Source of the DNA: the human T2T-CHM13v2.0 reference genome, Homo sapiens
Assembly: GCF_009914755.1 (NCBI RefSeq)
Contig: NC_060935.1
Length of the DNA: 64,000 nt
Strand: one strand, 5' to 3'
Shown here piece by piece: positions 63,468 through 64,000 of the stretch. The notes beneath the pieces are model-generated. The model saw only the letters and a program-made list of their open reading frames with translations, did not search any database and was not told where the DNA came from. Made by a program: the position numbers and the translations under genes. The stretch's first letter is position 1. Each line of letters opens with the position of its first letter.

Positions 63468-64000
63468 TCTTTCTCTTTCTTTCTTTCCTCCTTCTTTCTT
63501 TCTTTTTCTCTTTCTTTCCCTCTCCCTTGCCTCCCCTCCCCCCTCCCCCCTCCTCTCCCCCTCCCATCCTCTCCCCTTCTCCCCCTTCCTTCCCTTCCCC
63601 CTCCCCTCTCCCTCCCCTCCCTTTCATTCTCCCTTCCCTCCCCTCTCCTCCCCTCCCCTCCCCTAGCACAGTGCTGGGTACTTGAGAGTGGTAAATGGAA
63701 AATGGAAATGAAAATGGAAACGGTAAGTGGTAAATGGAATTGTCACTGGACTAGCTGTCTTGAGCGAATGGCAAACAGTTGCTTATACAATTCCCTTCTT
63801 TGCAGTGTTAAGGCATCTTTCAGTCATCGGTGCCAAGGCAAAGTCATTCCAAATCCTAGTTTAGAGTTTCTTTTTCAGGGTTTCCAAAAGACAGTTTTAT
63901 CTGTTAGTGGCCTCCCTTTCCCCTCCCTCCCGTCTCCCTTCCTTTCCCTCTCTCTCCCCTCCCCTCCCTTCCCTCCCTTCCCCTTTCCCTTCTCTCTCCC
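63468..64000. repeat. C/T-rich low-complexity tract (63468-63661 and 63915-64000) interrupted by locally duplicated sequence
   Basis: Seen directly; see findings. Confidence 0.9.

Overview
Primate, most likely human, genomic DNA: Alu-rich, with a probable SVA_F element. It centres on a CpG-island promoter and the first coding exon (ATG 17136 to splice donor 17509/17510, + strand) of a gene I recognise from the peptide as the long N-terminal isoform of GRAMD1B (Aster-B, an ER-plasma membrane cholesterol transporter). Everything after 17510 is intron 1; I found no exon 2 in the window. The rest is unique non-coding DNA plus about 45 Alu/FLAM copies, MIR/L2/L3 remnants, two L1 3' fragments, a truncated SVA and three nested LTR stacks. 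Apart from the exon and two fossil retroelement peptides (L1, CR1), the ORF-track entries look like Alu or low-complexity artefacts. Best leads: (1) the exon-1 peptide carries an NFAT-like calcineurin module (LxVP, PSIEIT, Ser/Pro-rich tract, basic clusters); (2) a TSD-flanked orphan retrocopy inside a MIR at about 56.2-57.0 kb; (3) a composite templated duplication inside a polypyrimidine tract at about 63.7 kb; (4) a duplicated hairpin cassette at about 46.3/46.7 kb; (5) a possible 3-nt microexon or recursive splice site at 28298; (6) CRE/NR5A and SRE/NF-Y motif clusters that fit sterol biology. Repeat subfamily names and gene identity come from memory of consensus sequences, not a search. 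Repeat boundaries are approximate unless a TSD is given.
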